DNA of 64,000 nucleotides. It comes from Candidatus Bathyarchaeota archaeon (lineage in GTDB: Archaea > Thermoproteota > Bathyarchaeia > 40CM-2-53-6 > RBG-13-38-9). Location: assembly GCA_963807605.1 (NCBI GenBank), contig CAWECG010000003.1, forward strand, positions 128,001 to 192,000. The letters are read 5' to 3'. Below the pieces are notes generated by a model, which worked only from the letters and a program-made list of their open reading frames with translations, ran no database searches and was not told where the DNA came from. This document shows positions 50,256-59,829 of the stretch, piece after piece (positions within the stretch are counted from its first letter, which is position 1; each line of letters opens with the position of its first letter). Made by a program: the position numbers and the translations under genes.

Positions 50256-50505
50256 TTGAACCGACACGCTGTCTAGGGGTAGCCTTCCTGGTGAGGCCAC
50301 GCACTCAATTGAGTCCGAACGCGCGCGTAGAACTACTATAGCGCAGAACTACTACTCACTCGCTGGAACAGTATCCAGCGCAGCCAATTTCAATTCCACC
50401 GCCAACAACAGGAGCGGTGATGTGGCCGCTCTTCCATCTTTGTATGTGTTTACTCTCTTGTCAGCTTAACGGCCTCCGTCTTCGCGAATTCTTAGACATC
50501 AGCCT

Positions 50506-51597
50506 CTAGCCCTTAACTTTGTCAGCCTCGAACTCTTTTGAGAGCTCCTCGATCAGTTTTCTCTCCTTAGGCGTCAGCGTCTCAGGAGTTCGCACATTTA
50601 TGTGGACTAGTTCGTCTCCTTGACCTGAGCTACTTTTGATCCCTTCTCCTCTCAGTCTGAGGGTGGTGCCGCTTTGCGTCCCTGGCGGCACTCGGACTAT
50701 TCTTTCGCCTTTGAGTGCCGGGACTCTTATCTCAGCACCTAAAGTAGCTTGGGCAAGATTAACATTAGCCTCATACACGAAATCCAAGCCTCTCCTGTTT
50801 AGATACGGGTGGGGTTTGATTCTTATCCTCACGTAAAAGTCTCCGGGCGGACCGCCATAAGGGCCATCTTCGCCCTGTCCTCGAAGGACCAGATGATCGC
50901 CATTGTCAATACCTGCGGGCACTTTCACCTCAAGCCGCACGCTCCTTTCCTCGAGTCCATTGCCTCCACATGTCCTGCATTGCTTCTGCGCTACTTTTCC
51001 TCTGCCATTGCAACGATCACAGGAAACGATCACCCGCCCGAAACCTGAGACGGCTTCGTGCTCGATTCTTCCTGAGCCCTCGCATTTTGGACAAGTCGCC
51101 AAATGACTGCCCGGCTCAACGCCTGAACCGCCGCATCTAGTGCACTTCTTCATTCTTGGTAAAGTGACTTCTAGCTTAGTTCCGAAAGCAGCTTGTTCTA
51201 ACGTGATCTCTATTTGGGCCGTGAAGTCGCGGCCGCGAGGGGATTCAGACTCTTGGCTAAAGGTGAAGCCCCCGCCGAAGATTCGATTGAGGAGATCGTT
51301 AGCATCGAAGCCAAATTCTGAAAAGACTTCATGGAAGTTCTTGCGGTTGAAGATGTCTTCCTGTTTGTATTGTTTGTCTATTCCTTCGAAGCCTGAAGCA
51401 TCGTACTCGCGTCTCTTCTCGGGGTCGGAGAGTATGGCGTAGGCTTCTGAAACTTCCTTGAATTTTTCTTCAGCTTCAGGCATCTTGTTCCTGTCTGGGT
51501 GATATTTCAAAGCGAGGCTGCGGTAAGCGTTCTTGATTTCTTCTTGCGACGCATTCCGACTGAGCCCTAGTTGGTCGTAATAATCAAGCTTCGCCAA
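50506..51597 (-). CDS. dnaJ: DnaJ chaperone
   Basis: J-domain HPD, four CxxCxGxG repeats. Confidence 0.95.
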   Translation of the reverse strand: MAKLDYYDQLGLSRNASQEEIKNAYRSLALKYHPDRNKMPEAEEKFKEVSEAYAILSDPEKRREYDASGFEGIDKQYKQEDIFNRKNFHEVFSEFGFDANDLLNRIFGGGFTFSQESESPRGRDFTAQIEITLEQAAFGTKLEVTLPRMKKCTRCGGSGVEPGSHLATCPKCEGSGRIEHEAVSGFGRVIVSCDRCNGRGKVAQKQCRTCGGNGLEERSVRLEVKVPAGIDNGDHLVLRGQGEDGPYGGPPGDFYVRIRIKPHPYLNRRGLDFVYEANVNLAQATLGAEIRVPALKGERIVRVPPGTQSGTTLRLRGEGIKSSSGQGDELVHINVRTPETLTPKERKLIEELSKEFEADKVKG

Positions 51598-51696
51598 GCT
51601 AAGCTACCATCGAAATACATCATAGATCGCAAGTGAAAAAAGCTATTCTTTCTCCTACGCGCGCGTCTACAGCCTAAACAGTAGGATCCTTCTCAG

Positions 51697-52053
51697 TTAG
51701 AAGTTATTCCTATAGAATTGTTCAAGCTGCTTGACTTCTTCCTCTATCTTATCATGTTTAATCCAAAGCTGTTCTTTCTGTTTCCACCCTTTTAGATGCT
51801 CCACGTATCCATCAATGATTTCTCTTAAAAGCTCCGGGTTGATTTCTATCTGTCTTCCCTCATTAATCCATAGTTCCAATTTAGGAATCAAACTATGGGC
51901 TGGATTAAGTATGAAATCTTCAATTCCCTTATCTTTGAGTACCTGATCTTTGATGTACCATTGTATTGAGTGCAAGAGCGGCTCCTTGTTTTGTGCGACT
52001 TGCTCCTTTGGGATGATCAAAGGTTTCACAAATATTAGATGGACGGATGGCAT
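51697..52053 (-). CDS. Hypothetical protein
   Basis: Protein-like composition; bounded by CG runs. Confidence 0.5.
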   Translation of the reverse strand: MPSVHLIFVKPLIIPKEQVAQNKEPLLHSIQWYIKDQVLKDKGIEDFILNPAHSLIPKLELWINEGRQIEINPELLREIIDGYVEHLKGWKQKEQLWIKHDKIEEEVKQLEQFYRNNF

Positions 52054-52164
52054 TCTTGAGTCTTTCCTCCTGCATAGCCGGCGACGCGCGCGTCTTCCAA
52101 CCAATGTCCTTATCGCTAAAGTAGTATTGGCGCGCGGTGTCCCATTCCTATTACCGTGGTTAGT

Positions 52165-52506
52165 TTAGTCGTTACAGGGTGGATTGTAACGGTTGATCAG
52201 TAGGTGTTCAACTCTTTTCCGATCACCTTGTGTTGAATCAGGCATCCTATAGAAAGCTACATACAACTTCTGAATCGAACCTGCATGCCTTTCCCAACAA
52301 TCGTATCTATGGTGAGTACGATAGAAACCCCTGTATGAAAGTTTCTCGGATTCACCAACATACAATACGTGATAGGTCTTTTCTTCTACTGAAAGCATCA
52401 TAATGGCGTATACAGCCGCCATATAGGGAGGTCCCCACTGAAGAAGAGGATGAGGCCCCTCAAACTCTATGTCGCCCAATTTGATAGGCACGTCTGCCTC
52501 CCCCAT
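52165..52506 (-). CDS. Small GIY-YIG-like protein
   Basis: AVYAI...LYVGES...R...E..LI..YNP..N. Confidence 0.7.
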   Translation of the reverse strand: MGEADVPIKLGDIEFEGPHPLLQWGPPYMAAVYAIMMLSVEEKTYHVLYVGESEKLSYRGFYRTHHRYDCWERHAGSIQKLYVAFYRMPDSTQGDRKRVEHLLINRYNPPCND

Positions 52507-52810
52507 GACTCATAGGTTTTTCAAACATAAGAAGTTAGGACTGTCGAGTTGCGTTCTGTATCAAGGTCAGCAACTTGTTACGCACACGCATCGCGAATTA
52601 CTGTTAGCCCTTTGCTCGGAAACGTTGTAGTGATCTGTAACTTGCCTTTGAATACGCGCGCGTTCACGTATTTGCACCTAATAAGCGCGCGCTAGCTCTA
52701 TTTTTGAGAGCCTGAAGTATTAGATCTTGTTGGTGGTGCTCACCAGCTACGGATTCTTTCCCCAACATGAGGGGGAGGAATTGTGTGTGTGCTCACTGGC
52801 TGAGGAGGGA

Positions 52811-52890
52811 TATAGATATCCGACTGTTTTGTGTGGTCACGTGGATACTGGTTTTTTTGACGCGGACATCCACATGGATATTTCTAGGAT
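52811..52890 (+). repeat. Direct repeat C, copy 1
   Basis: CTGTTTTGTGTGGTCACGTGGAT.CTGGTTTT..GACG.GGACATCCAC also at 59153-59231. Confidence 0.9.
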
Positions 52891-52991
52891 GCGCTAGGTG
52901 GCGCGCGCCAGCCCAAAATACCTATAACAAATTAGGAAGGCTCTAGGCCACAGGAAAAACTGTCTAGCATGTACTCGAAGACTGCTCCGAA

Positions 52992-53212
52992 ATGAGCCGC
53001 GAAATCATGGAAAAGAAGAAATGGTGGAGCTTAGAGACAATCACCCAAGGGCTCTTGAATCCGAGAAACTGGAGGTGATGGGAGAAAAAATGATAGAAGA
53101 AACAGATGAAGAAGAAATGGAGGAAGATGAAGATGATGAGGTTGAAGAAGAGGAAGACCACACGCATAGAGATGGCATCTTCCGAAAAAGAATATTCACT
53201 GCCATTAGATAA
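52992..53212 (+). CDS. Two coupled microproteins: 28-aa basic/Trp-rich (52992-53078) and very acidic (53078-53212)
   Basis: TGATG overlap and GGAGGTGA SD-like sequence. Confidence 0.45.
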
Positions 53213-53453
53213 CCTAGATTTTTAAGAGAGACTAACGCGCCTATGTTAAGGTCTCTTCTCTACCTTTTGTTCCTGGATGAGTATGTTTGGCAGCGCGCGC
53301 GGCATATGCGGCGGTAGCCCGGGGGAGACTGTAGTCTAGATTAGAATTCACACTCTAACCGGTACGATTCTAGGCGAACTGGCCAAGAGACAAATTTGTT
53401 TTTTGTCGGTCAAAAAAAGAGAGAAAATAGGGATGATATTCTGCCTGCTTAGT

Positions 53454-54122
53454 CTAACCTGTAACCTTTATGTTGTTCTCGACTTCAGAGACGCCGGGAG
53501 CACAATAAGCAGCGTATCCCGCTTCATCATAGTCTGCCCAGGAGCCTACGCTGCCACTAAGAATCACCTTGCTACCTGAAATTTCCACCTGAATCTTTTC
53601 GGCATCTCGAAGCAATCTGGCATTTCGTTTAAGTGCCTCTTGGATGTCGTTTTTCACCTCGAACGCCTTAACCGTCGGCACCGGCGGTTTAATAGTAATC
53701 GAGTTGATGACTCCCAAAACCCCTATCAAGTGACGTACGGCATCCTCTGCATACACTTTTTGGTAATACCAATCCACATCGCCACTCAGAGTGATCAAAC
53801 CGTTCTTCACCATGACCTTGACGCGGTCACGCGGTACCCAAACATTCCAGTCGATATTATTTTTTGCCAATCGGGCAATATCCTCGTCGGGCCGCTTGTA
53901 AGAGCTGGGCAGGCTGACCTTGATGCCTTCACCTACCTCCTTGACGCCTGAAACCCGCCTGGCAGCATGCTCCGCAGCCCACTTCTTACCGTAGCTGTCA
54001 ACAACGCCGGTCAACATAACCACTCCATCCTTGACACCAACACCAATCTCCGCCGCACGGATGGTCGGCTCCCACTTGAGCTCATCCATAACATCTTGCT
54101 GCAATTCTGAATCCGTCTTCAC
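53454..54122 (-). CDS. Triple BON-domain (OsmY-like) protein
   Basis: DSELQQDVMDELKWEP, three V...G.V.L.G.V repeats. Confidence 0.92.
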   Translation of the reverse strand: MKTDSELQQDVMDELKWEPTIRAAEIGVGVKDGVVMLTGVVDSYGKKWAAEHAARRVSGVKEVGEGIKVSLPSSYKRPDEDIARLAKNNIDWNVWVPRDRVKVMVKNGLITLSGDVDWYYQKVYAEDAVRHLIGVLGVINSITIKPPVPTVKAFEVKNDIQEALKRNARLLRDAEKIQVEISGSKVILSGSVGSWADYDEAGYAAYCAPGVSEVENNIKVTG

Positions 54123-54401
54123 AATTCCACCTCCTCGCGCCCTTAACCCGCACTCTGATATCTTGACGCGACCCGATATGTACTTATTGCATCTGAACGA
54201 TGCGAACAGGATTATTCTAATAGGTCGGATGCGGATAGATGATCATTGGCGAAGAGAAAGGCGGGATCTTGCTTGTCACCTGATTTGGAATCTATGACTC
54301 TCCCGTATGCACGAGAGGATAGCAAGTATCATCTCAAGTGTGACAGGCATCCAGCATTGGTAGGGGAAGATTGGTTATGGATTTTTGTGGAGGTGATTTA
54401 G

Positions 54402-54926
54402 ATGGTTGAAAAGAAGGAGAAAACATCAGTTAGGGAGAAGAAGAAAATTGGGGAGATTGCACCATGGCATCCCACAGATTATCTGCAGTATATGGATCGA
54501 ATGTTCGGAGACCCTTTGAGGGGTTTTGGAAGCATGCTTGCTCCGATCGGAGCCAGCTTGATGAGACCCTGGTCATCATTGTTCGAACTACCTGAAGTGA
54601 GAGAGCCTTCGACGGACCTAGTCGATGCCGGCAAAGAATATCTAATCCGTGCCGAGATTCCTGGCATCCCGAAGGAGAATCTAAACATCACTGTAACTGC
54701 AAGAGGCATCGAGATAGAAGGCGAGGCCAAAACAGACATCGAGCAAGACAAGTTGGGGTTCGTGCGTAGGGAGAGAAGTTACTCTATGGTTCATAGGAGC
54801 CTAGCGTTCCCTGAAGAGGTCATCCCAGATAAAGCTGAGGCAACGCTGAAAGACGGTCTGCTGGAAGTTAAAATTCCCAAGAAGACGCCTACTGAAATCA
54901 AGAAGTACAAGCTAGAGATCAAATAG
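54402..54926 (+). CDS. Small heat shock protein Hsp20
   Basis: AEIPG..KE, A.LKDGLLEV.IPK; GGAGGTGA SD. Confidence 0.93.
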   Translation: MVEKKEKTSVREKKKIGEIAPWHPTDYLQYMDRMFGDPLRGFGSMLAPIGASLMRPWSSLFELPEVREPSTDLVDAGKEYLIRAEIPGIPKENLNITVTARGIEIEGEAKTDIEQDKLGFVRRERSYSMVHRSLAFPEEVIPDKAEATLKDGLLEVKIPKKTPTEIKKYKLEIK

Positions 54927-55082
54927 GCCTTGCGTATCTCTCTTGGTGTGCTCATGCACGACAGGAATACAGCAGCTGTACCTTACAGAGGCACATTTCG
55001 CAAGTATAGTGTGGATACGCTTCCATGTATCAATACGCAGTCAAGTAGAGCGCGCGCGCCGAAAAAGGACCTGGATAAAAAG

Positions 55083-55150
55083 TGTGGCGGGCCCGACGGG
55101 CTTCGGAGCGTTATTGGTTCTAGATTTGGTTTCATAATTCGACCGGGTTC
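55083..55150 (-). repeat. Repeat B copy with tRNA-like 3' end
   Basis: Minus strand GAAGCCCGTCGGGCCCGCCA. Confidence 0.7.
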
Positions 55151-55238
55151 ATATCTCGGAAGCGAGAGCGCTATCTAGCTCTAAAGGTGTCTTGGTTACC
55201 TCCTATGTGAGTGGTATCCATTAACAAAGACTAAGAAC

Positions 55239-56351
55239 ATGCAGTTAGGATTTATGGGTGATGCAGTGTTGCCAAGCTTTACAGAATCATCGAAGTTGAA
55301 AATTCGCCAATATATAGACGTCCTAAACTTTGGCCATTTTCTGGCAATTACGGACGAAACTGGTATGCTTCAATTCTCAAAGTTCAGCATTCCAGATAGA
55401 AGGCTTGGCTACACAACAGATGATAATGCACGTGCCTTGGTTGTATCTACAAGGCAGTATGAGCTGAAAATGGGCGATAACTGGTCAGCTCTGGCCGCCA
55501 AGTTTCTCGCTTTCCTCATGTGGATGCAGAGGCCAGACGGACGTTTCCACAACTTCATGAGCTACACGCGTGAAGTCAGTGACGATTATGATTCAGGCGA
55601 TCATCTGGGCAGGGTTCTGTGGGCTACAGGCTGCGTTGTCGATTCGCGTCTTCCAAGCGGTACTCGAGCTTCCGCAAAAGAAGTTTTTGACAAAGCCCTG
55701 CCATGGGCGCTTCAATCGACATCTCCCAGAGTTATCGCACATGCAATCAAAGGCCTATGCAGTTACCTACGCCAACATAGTGAAGACGAGAATGCCAGGC
55801 GAGATTTATCTTACTTGATGAACCAGCTCGTCAAGTTACATGGACAAAATTCCTTTGGCGAGTGGCAATGGTTTGAGGGCATACTCTCTTATGAGAATTG
55901 GCGGCTACCCGAGAGTCTCTTTGAAGCTTTTCTAGCTGGAGAAAAATGCTTGGAAATTGCAGTGAAATCCCTCGAATTTCTGATCGATATCGAATTCAGC
56001 GGGGATATGCTGATTCCAGTAGGATCCGAAGGCTGGTACCCGCGAAACGGGGTTAGGGCCGAATTTGATCAGCTACCAGTGGAGGCTGGATCGGCTGTTG
56101 AAGCATTGGCGACTGCAGCCAAAGCAGTGGGTTCTTCACATTACTGGGATCTGGCGTCGAAAGCCATGGAATGGTACCATGGGACAAACCAGAAAGAGGT
56201 TGAGTTATATGATGCTAGAACTGGCGCATGTTACGACGGGATAACTCCAGAAGGTTTGAACCTGAACCAAGGGGCTGAGTCGACACTCTCATATCTACTA
56301 GCTGTGACCCGGCTCCAAAGCATAGCACTGGGTCAAGCTAGGAGCTACTAA
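55239..56351 (+). CDS. Six-hairpin glycosidase-like protein (GY.TDDNARAL family)
   Basis: GYTTDDNARAL, FDQ.P.E, CYDG, NQGAESTL. Confidence 0.75.
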   Translation: MQLGFMGDAVLPSFTESSKLKIRQYIDVLNFGHFLAITDETGMLQFSKFSIPDRRLGYTTDDNARALVVSTRQYELKMGDNWSALAAKFLAFLMWMQRPDGRFHNFMSYTREVSDDYDSGDHLGRVLWATGCVVDSRLPSGTRASAKEVFDKALPWALQSTSPRVIAHAIKGLCSYLRQHSEDENARRDLSYLMNQLVKLHGQNSFGEWQWFEGILSYENWRLPESLFEAFLAGEKCLEIAVKSLEFLIDIEFSGDMLIPVGSEGWYPRNGVRAEFDQLPVEAGSAVEALATAAKAVGSSHYWDLASKAMEWYHGTNQKEVELYDARTGACYDGITPEGLNLNQGAESTLSYLLAVTRLQSIALGQARSY

Positions 56352-57283
56352 TTCTGATTGACAAGCCATCTGAGAAGCTCATCAAGGGGTGCTGTTGCCA
56401 GACAGGTCACAGTGTCCGCCGCACCGTAGAAGACATGAAGAAATCCATCCAACACCATTGAAGCTTCTGGAAACACAACCATCTTAACAAACCCATACTT
56501 CTCGTAGGGCTCGGTCGGCTCTAGTATAGGCGTCTTCGATCTGGCCACGATCTTGAAAGGTTCATCAAGATCCGCTAGTGCTATACCGACTCTGTAGGTA
56601 AGGTTGTCGTCAACACCGTGGTATATCATTAGCCAGCCCTCTGGCGTCTTGATTGGGGGAGGGCCCAGTCCGATCTTCTTGTGTTCCCAAGACTCCTCTG
56701 GCTTCATAATCGTATATGTTTCTAAGTTGCGAAGATATTCAGACCAGTATTGAGATCGGATCTCATAATTGGACAGAGCCTCAAATTGAGTTTCGTTGAA
56801 ATATGCAATCTGTATTGAAGGCTCAATTCGATGAATCATCACAAAATTTTCATTGATAGTTTCAGGAAAAAGTGCTGCATCTTTGTCCGCCAGTTCGGGT
56901 CCTATGATACCCCTCTTCTCAAATTTCTTGAGATCGGAACCTAATGCCAAGGCCACTCTTGTTCCCGTCCTCGAATAAGCGGTGTATAGCATATAGTATC
57001 CATTGCCGATCCTGGTTATTCTTGGATCTTCGCAACCTAACTCTTCCCATCGATATTTTGGAGCCATGATCGGATGGTCCGATCTCTCAATGGACTTCAT
57101 GTTGCGATCAAATGAAGCGTATCCTATGGATGAAATCATTTTTTCGTCGACTGATCTATAGAACAAGTAGAATGTATCATTCTCAAGAATTCCGCCTGGA
57201 TTGAATGTAGCCTTCTCTTCCCAACTGTTTTTTGGACGCGGTTCTATCAGGGGATTCAGATGAGACCTTTGGAGGGTAAACAG
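56348..57283 (-). CDS. GH130-like glycosidase/mannoside phosphorylase
   Basis: FNPG (upstream of ORF-track start; CTG 57283 inferred), GCEDPRI, KDAALFPE, YGAAD. Confidence 0.88.
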   Translation of the reverse strand: MFTLQRSHLNPLIEPRPKNSWEEKATFNPGGILENDTFYLFYRSVDEKMISSIGYASFDRNMKSIERSDHPIMAPKYRWEELGCEDPRITRIGNGYYMLYTAYSRTGTRVALALGSDLKKFEKRGIIGPELADKDAALFPETINENFVMIHRIEPSIQIAYFNETQFEALSNYEIRSQYWSEYLRNLETYTIMKPEESWEHKKIGLGPPPIKTPEGWLMIYHGVDDNLTYRVGIALADLDEPFKIVARSKTPILEPTEPYEKYGFVKMVVFPEASMVLDGFLHVFYGAADTVTCLATAPLDELLRWLVNQN

Positions 57284-57463
57284 TCTGATTACCTACTGTG
57301 AATAGTGCGCGCTATACTGCATGACCTCAACGGTCAAACTGACCAACCTCTTAAGCTTTTTCTCGACAAGAACCCTTCTTTATTTACAGATGTCTTACCA
57401 TTCATGTAACTGCGATGTTCTTGCATACCAAGATTTTGGATTGTCAGGTGACATTAATAGGCG

Positions 57464-59074
57464 TCAAAGTCCAAGGGCTTGATAGAACAGGTTAACGTAC
57501 CTCATACCAACGCTTGGCCATATCATGTCTCTGCTATACTCATATGCCCTTTTCTCGAGCCCTTGACGAAGCTTGCTGTCTTTGAGGATCATCATTACGC
57601 TATCTGCGATGGAGTTAGGGTTCTTGAATTCACATGCAAGGGCTGCACCGTTGTTTATCACTTCTTCAGCATGAAGAAAAGGAGTTGCAACAATTGCTTT
57701 GCCTGTGCTCAGAGCATATGAGAGTGTTCCACTACTGATCTGTTCCCGATTGGGATAGGGGGTTATATAGATGTCTGTCGCCTGTAGGTATCTGAGCAAC
57801 TCATTTTCAGGTAGAAAACGGTTTACGAATCTGACGTTCTTCTGCAATCCCAGAGAATCAACCAAGTCAAGCAAGGATTCTCGATATGTTTCACCTTCGT
57901 GTTTTCTGACTTCTGGATGGGTCTCTCCAATGATCAAATAGAGAGTCTGTGGATTCTCTTTCACGATTTGCGGCAGCGCCTCAATAACATATTCCATCCC
58001 TTTTCCACGGCTCAGCAATCCGAAAGTTGATAGTACGACGCGATCTTTCAAACCCAAGCTTTGCTTAAGCACTGTAGTTCCCATATATGGTACGTTCGGG
58101 CATCCATGAGGGATATGTCTGATCTTGTCTGTAAAACTACCGTAGAGTTGTCCCAATATTTGTATGCCAATCCGAGCCATCACTACAACAGAATCACTGT
58201 ACTGAAGGATCTGCTCGAGAACTCTTCTTGCTTCGGGCACTGGATCTTGTAGGACTGTGTGGAGCGTAGTAATAAGAGGCTTCTCTAGACTTTCCAACAA
58301 CGTGATTACATGCTTGCCCCAAACTCCCTCGAATAGGCCGTACTCGTGTTGAAGATTCACAATGTCGATGTCGGACCCGTTGATATATTCAGCCGCCTTC
58401 TCATACGATTCAATTTCGTCTGTGTCGATCTGGAATTTCACTGTGGATCCATAATTGTAGTGGCCGCCTCTATCATTTATTGCAACAATAGCTGGTGACT
58501 TTACAGCGCGAGCACGAAGCGTAGATACAGCATCAACGAGATCTTTTGTATATGTTGCTATCCCACATTCGCGTGGGGGATATGTACTCACATAGGCGAC
58601 TCTTATCATCTGGGTCTCATAGTCAACTGCGTTTTTGGGAAGACCGTAATCTTTCATCATATAGTGGCCATAAGCGATCTGTAGCAGTATCTTTTCCGTA
58701 GTAAGGCCGATAAGCGACCCGTTTTTGATTATAATCAGTCTTCTAATGTTGTGGTTGCGCATTGCTTCTATTGCGTCAGCTATTGACCGCTCAGCTTCGA
58801 TCGTTACAAGAGGTTTGGACATTATGTCTTTGACAGGCGTTACCTCAAGATCTCTCCTTGGCTTGATAACTCTCTGTAGTACATCTTTTTCTGTAATTAT
58901 ACCCACAGGATGATTATTCTCCACAACTACTACGGATCCGACATTTTCCTTCATCATCAAATCCATTACAGTAGAGATTGAATTTAGAGGAGAGACGGTG
59001 GGTGGATTAGGCCTCATGTTTGTCTGGACGGATAGGCTGAGAACTTCCTTTAGATAAGAATCTGATTTTTCCAT
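57464..59074 (-). CDS. CBS-pair fused to a GT4 glycosyltransferase
   Basis: GIITEKD CBS; STYPPRECGIATY, QHEYG, FGLL...KG.E, SSGTLSYA. Confidence 0.88.
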   Translation of the reverse strand: MEKSDSYLKEVLSLSVQTNMRPNPPTVSPLNSISTVMDLMMKENVGSVVVVENNHPVGIITEKDVLQRVIKPRRDLEVTPVKDIMSKPLVTIEAERSIADAIEAMRNHNIRRLIIIKNGSLIGLTTEKILLQIAYGHYMMKDYGLPKNAVDYETQMIRVAYVSTYPPRECGIATYTKDLVDAVSTLRARAVKSPAIVAINDRGGHYNYGSTVKFQIDTDEIESYEKAAEYINGSDIDIVNLQHEYGLFEGVWGKHVITLLESLEKPLITTLHTVLQDPVPEARRVLEQILQYSDSVVVMARIGIQILGQLYGSFTDKIRHIPHGCPNVPYMGTTVLKQSLGLKDRVVLSTFGLLSRGKGMEYVIEALPQIVKENPQTLYLIIGETHPEVRKHEGETYRESLLDLVDSLGLQKNVRFVNRFLPENELLRYLQATDIYITPYPNREQISSGTLSYALSTGKAIVATPFLHAEEVINNGAALACEFKNPNSIADSVMMILKDSKLRQGLEKRAYEYSRDMIWPSVGMRYVNLFYQALGL

Positions 59075-59152
59075 AGCAGTAAGTTAGTTCGAGGTCTCAG
59101 ATATCTATTCGTAAGTACTTCTAAGTGATCTTATCACGCGCAAAGCGCGCGC

Positions 59153-59231
59153 TATAGATAACTGGCTGTTTTGTGTGGTCACGTGGATGCTGGTTTTCCG
59201 ACGTGGACATCCACGCGGACATTTCTGGGAT
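59153..59231 (+). repeat. Direct repeat C, copy 2
   Basis: Matches 52811-52890; starts right after the CG run at 59145. Confidence 0.9.
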
Positions 59232-59319
59232 AATGTTAGCTTGCGTGCGTTACGTATGTCGTGTCTTAGAACCAAAGCTTCACCTGCGGAGATGAAGATA
59301 GAATACTGCTGAACCTGTC

Positions 59320-59559
59320 ATGCCGAGAAGAAAGACTTCTAACACAATATCAGACGTTTTGAATTCTGCTGAGAATCTCAAGAATAGCATTGCGGCTGTT
59401 CCAGCTGACATTCAAGATGGAATCAGAGACTTGGCTCTTGCAATAATCAGCAAGCCTGTAAAGAGGCGTGGTCGTCCACCGAAGAAAAGAGTAAGACCAA
59501 AGACGAGAGTTAGGATGCCGAAGCCCAGGGCGCGCGCTAGCTGGTGGGACTTCAAGTGA
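59320..59559 (+). CDS. Small basic protein with AT-hook-like KRRGRPPK
   Basis: Helical N-terminus and Lys/Arg/Pro-rich tail; CG run at 59530 near the end. Confidence 0.6.
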   Translation: MPRRKTSNTISDVLNSAENLKNSIAAVPADIQDGIRDLALAIISKPVKRRGRPPKKRVRPKTRVRMPKPRARASWWDFK

Positions 59560-59829
59560 TGGCCAATGTTCAATACTAGAGGTTAAGCCGAGGAGTTTAG
59601 ACCAAAGAATTCCAGCCTATGTTGGGAATAAGCATTTAATTGAACAGTTGGAAAAACATCTTTACAAGTAATGCTTTCAAGGTTAATATGTTGAGGTCGT
59701 ACGTTGTAATCATGCCGCATGATCAATCGTAACTTAGCTTGTTTGCAACAGTTTCAGCACGCTATGTTTAATAATGGTTAAAAATCTACGTTTTCAGTTG
59801 GGGCTAATTATTACTTAGGTGGTTTAAGA

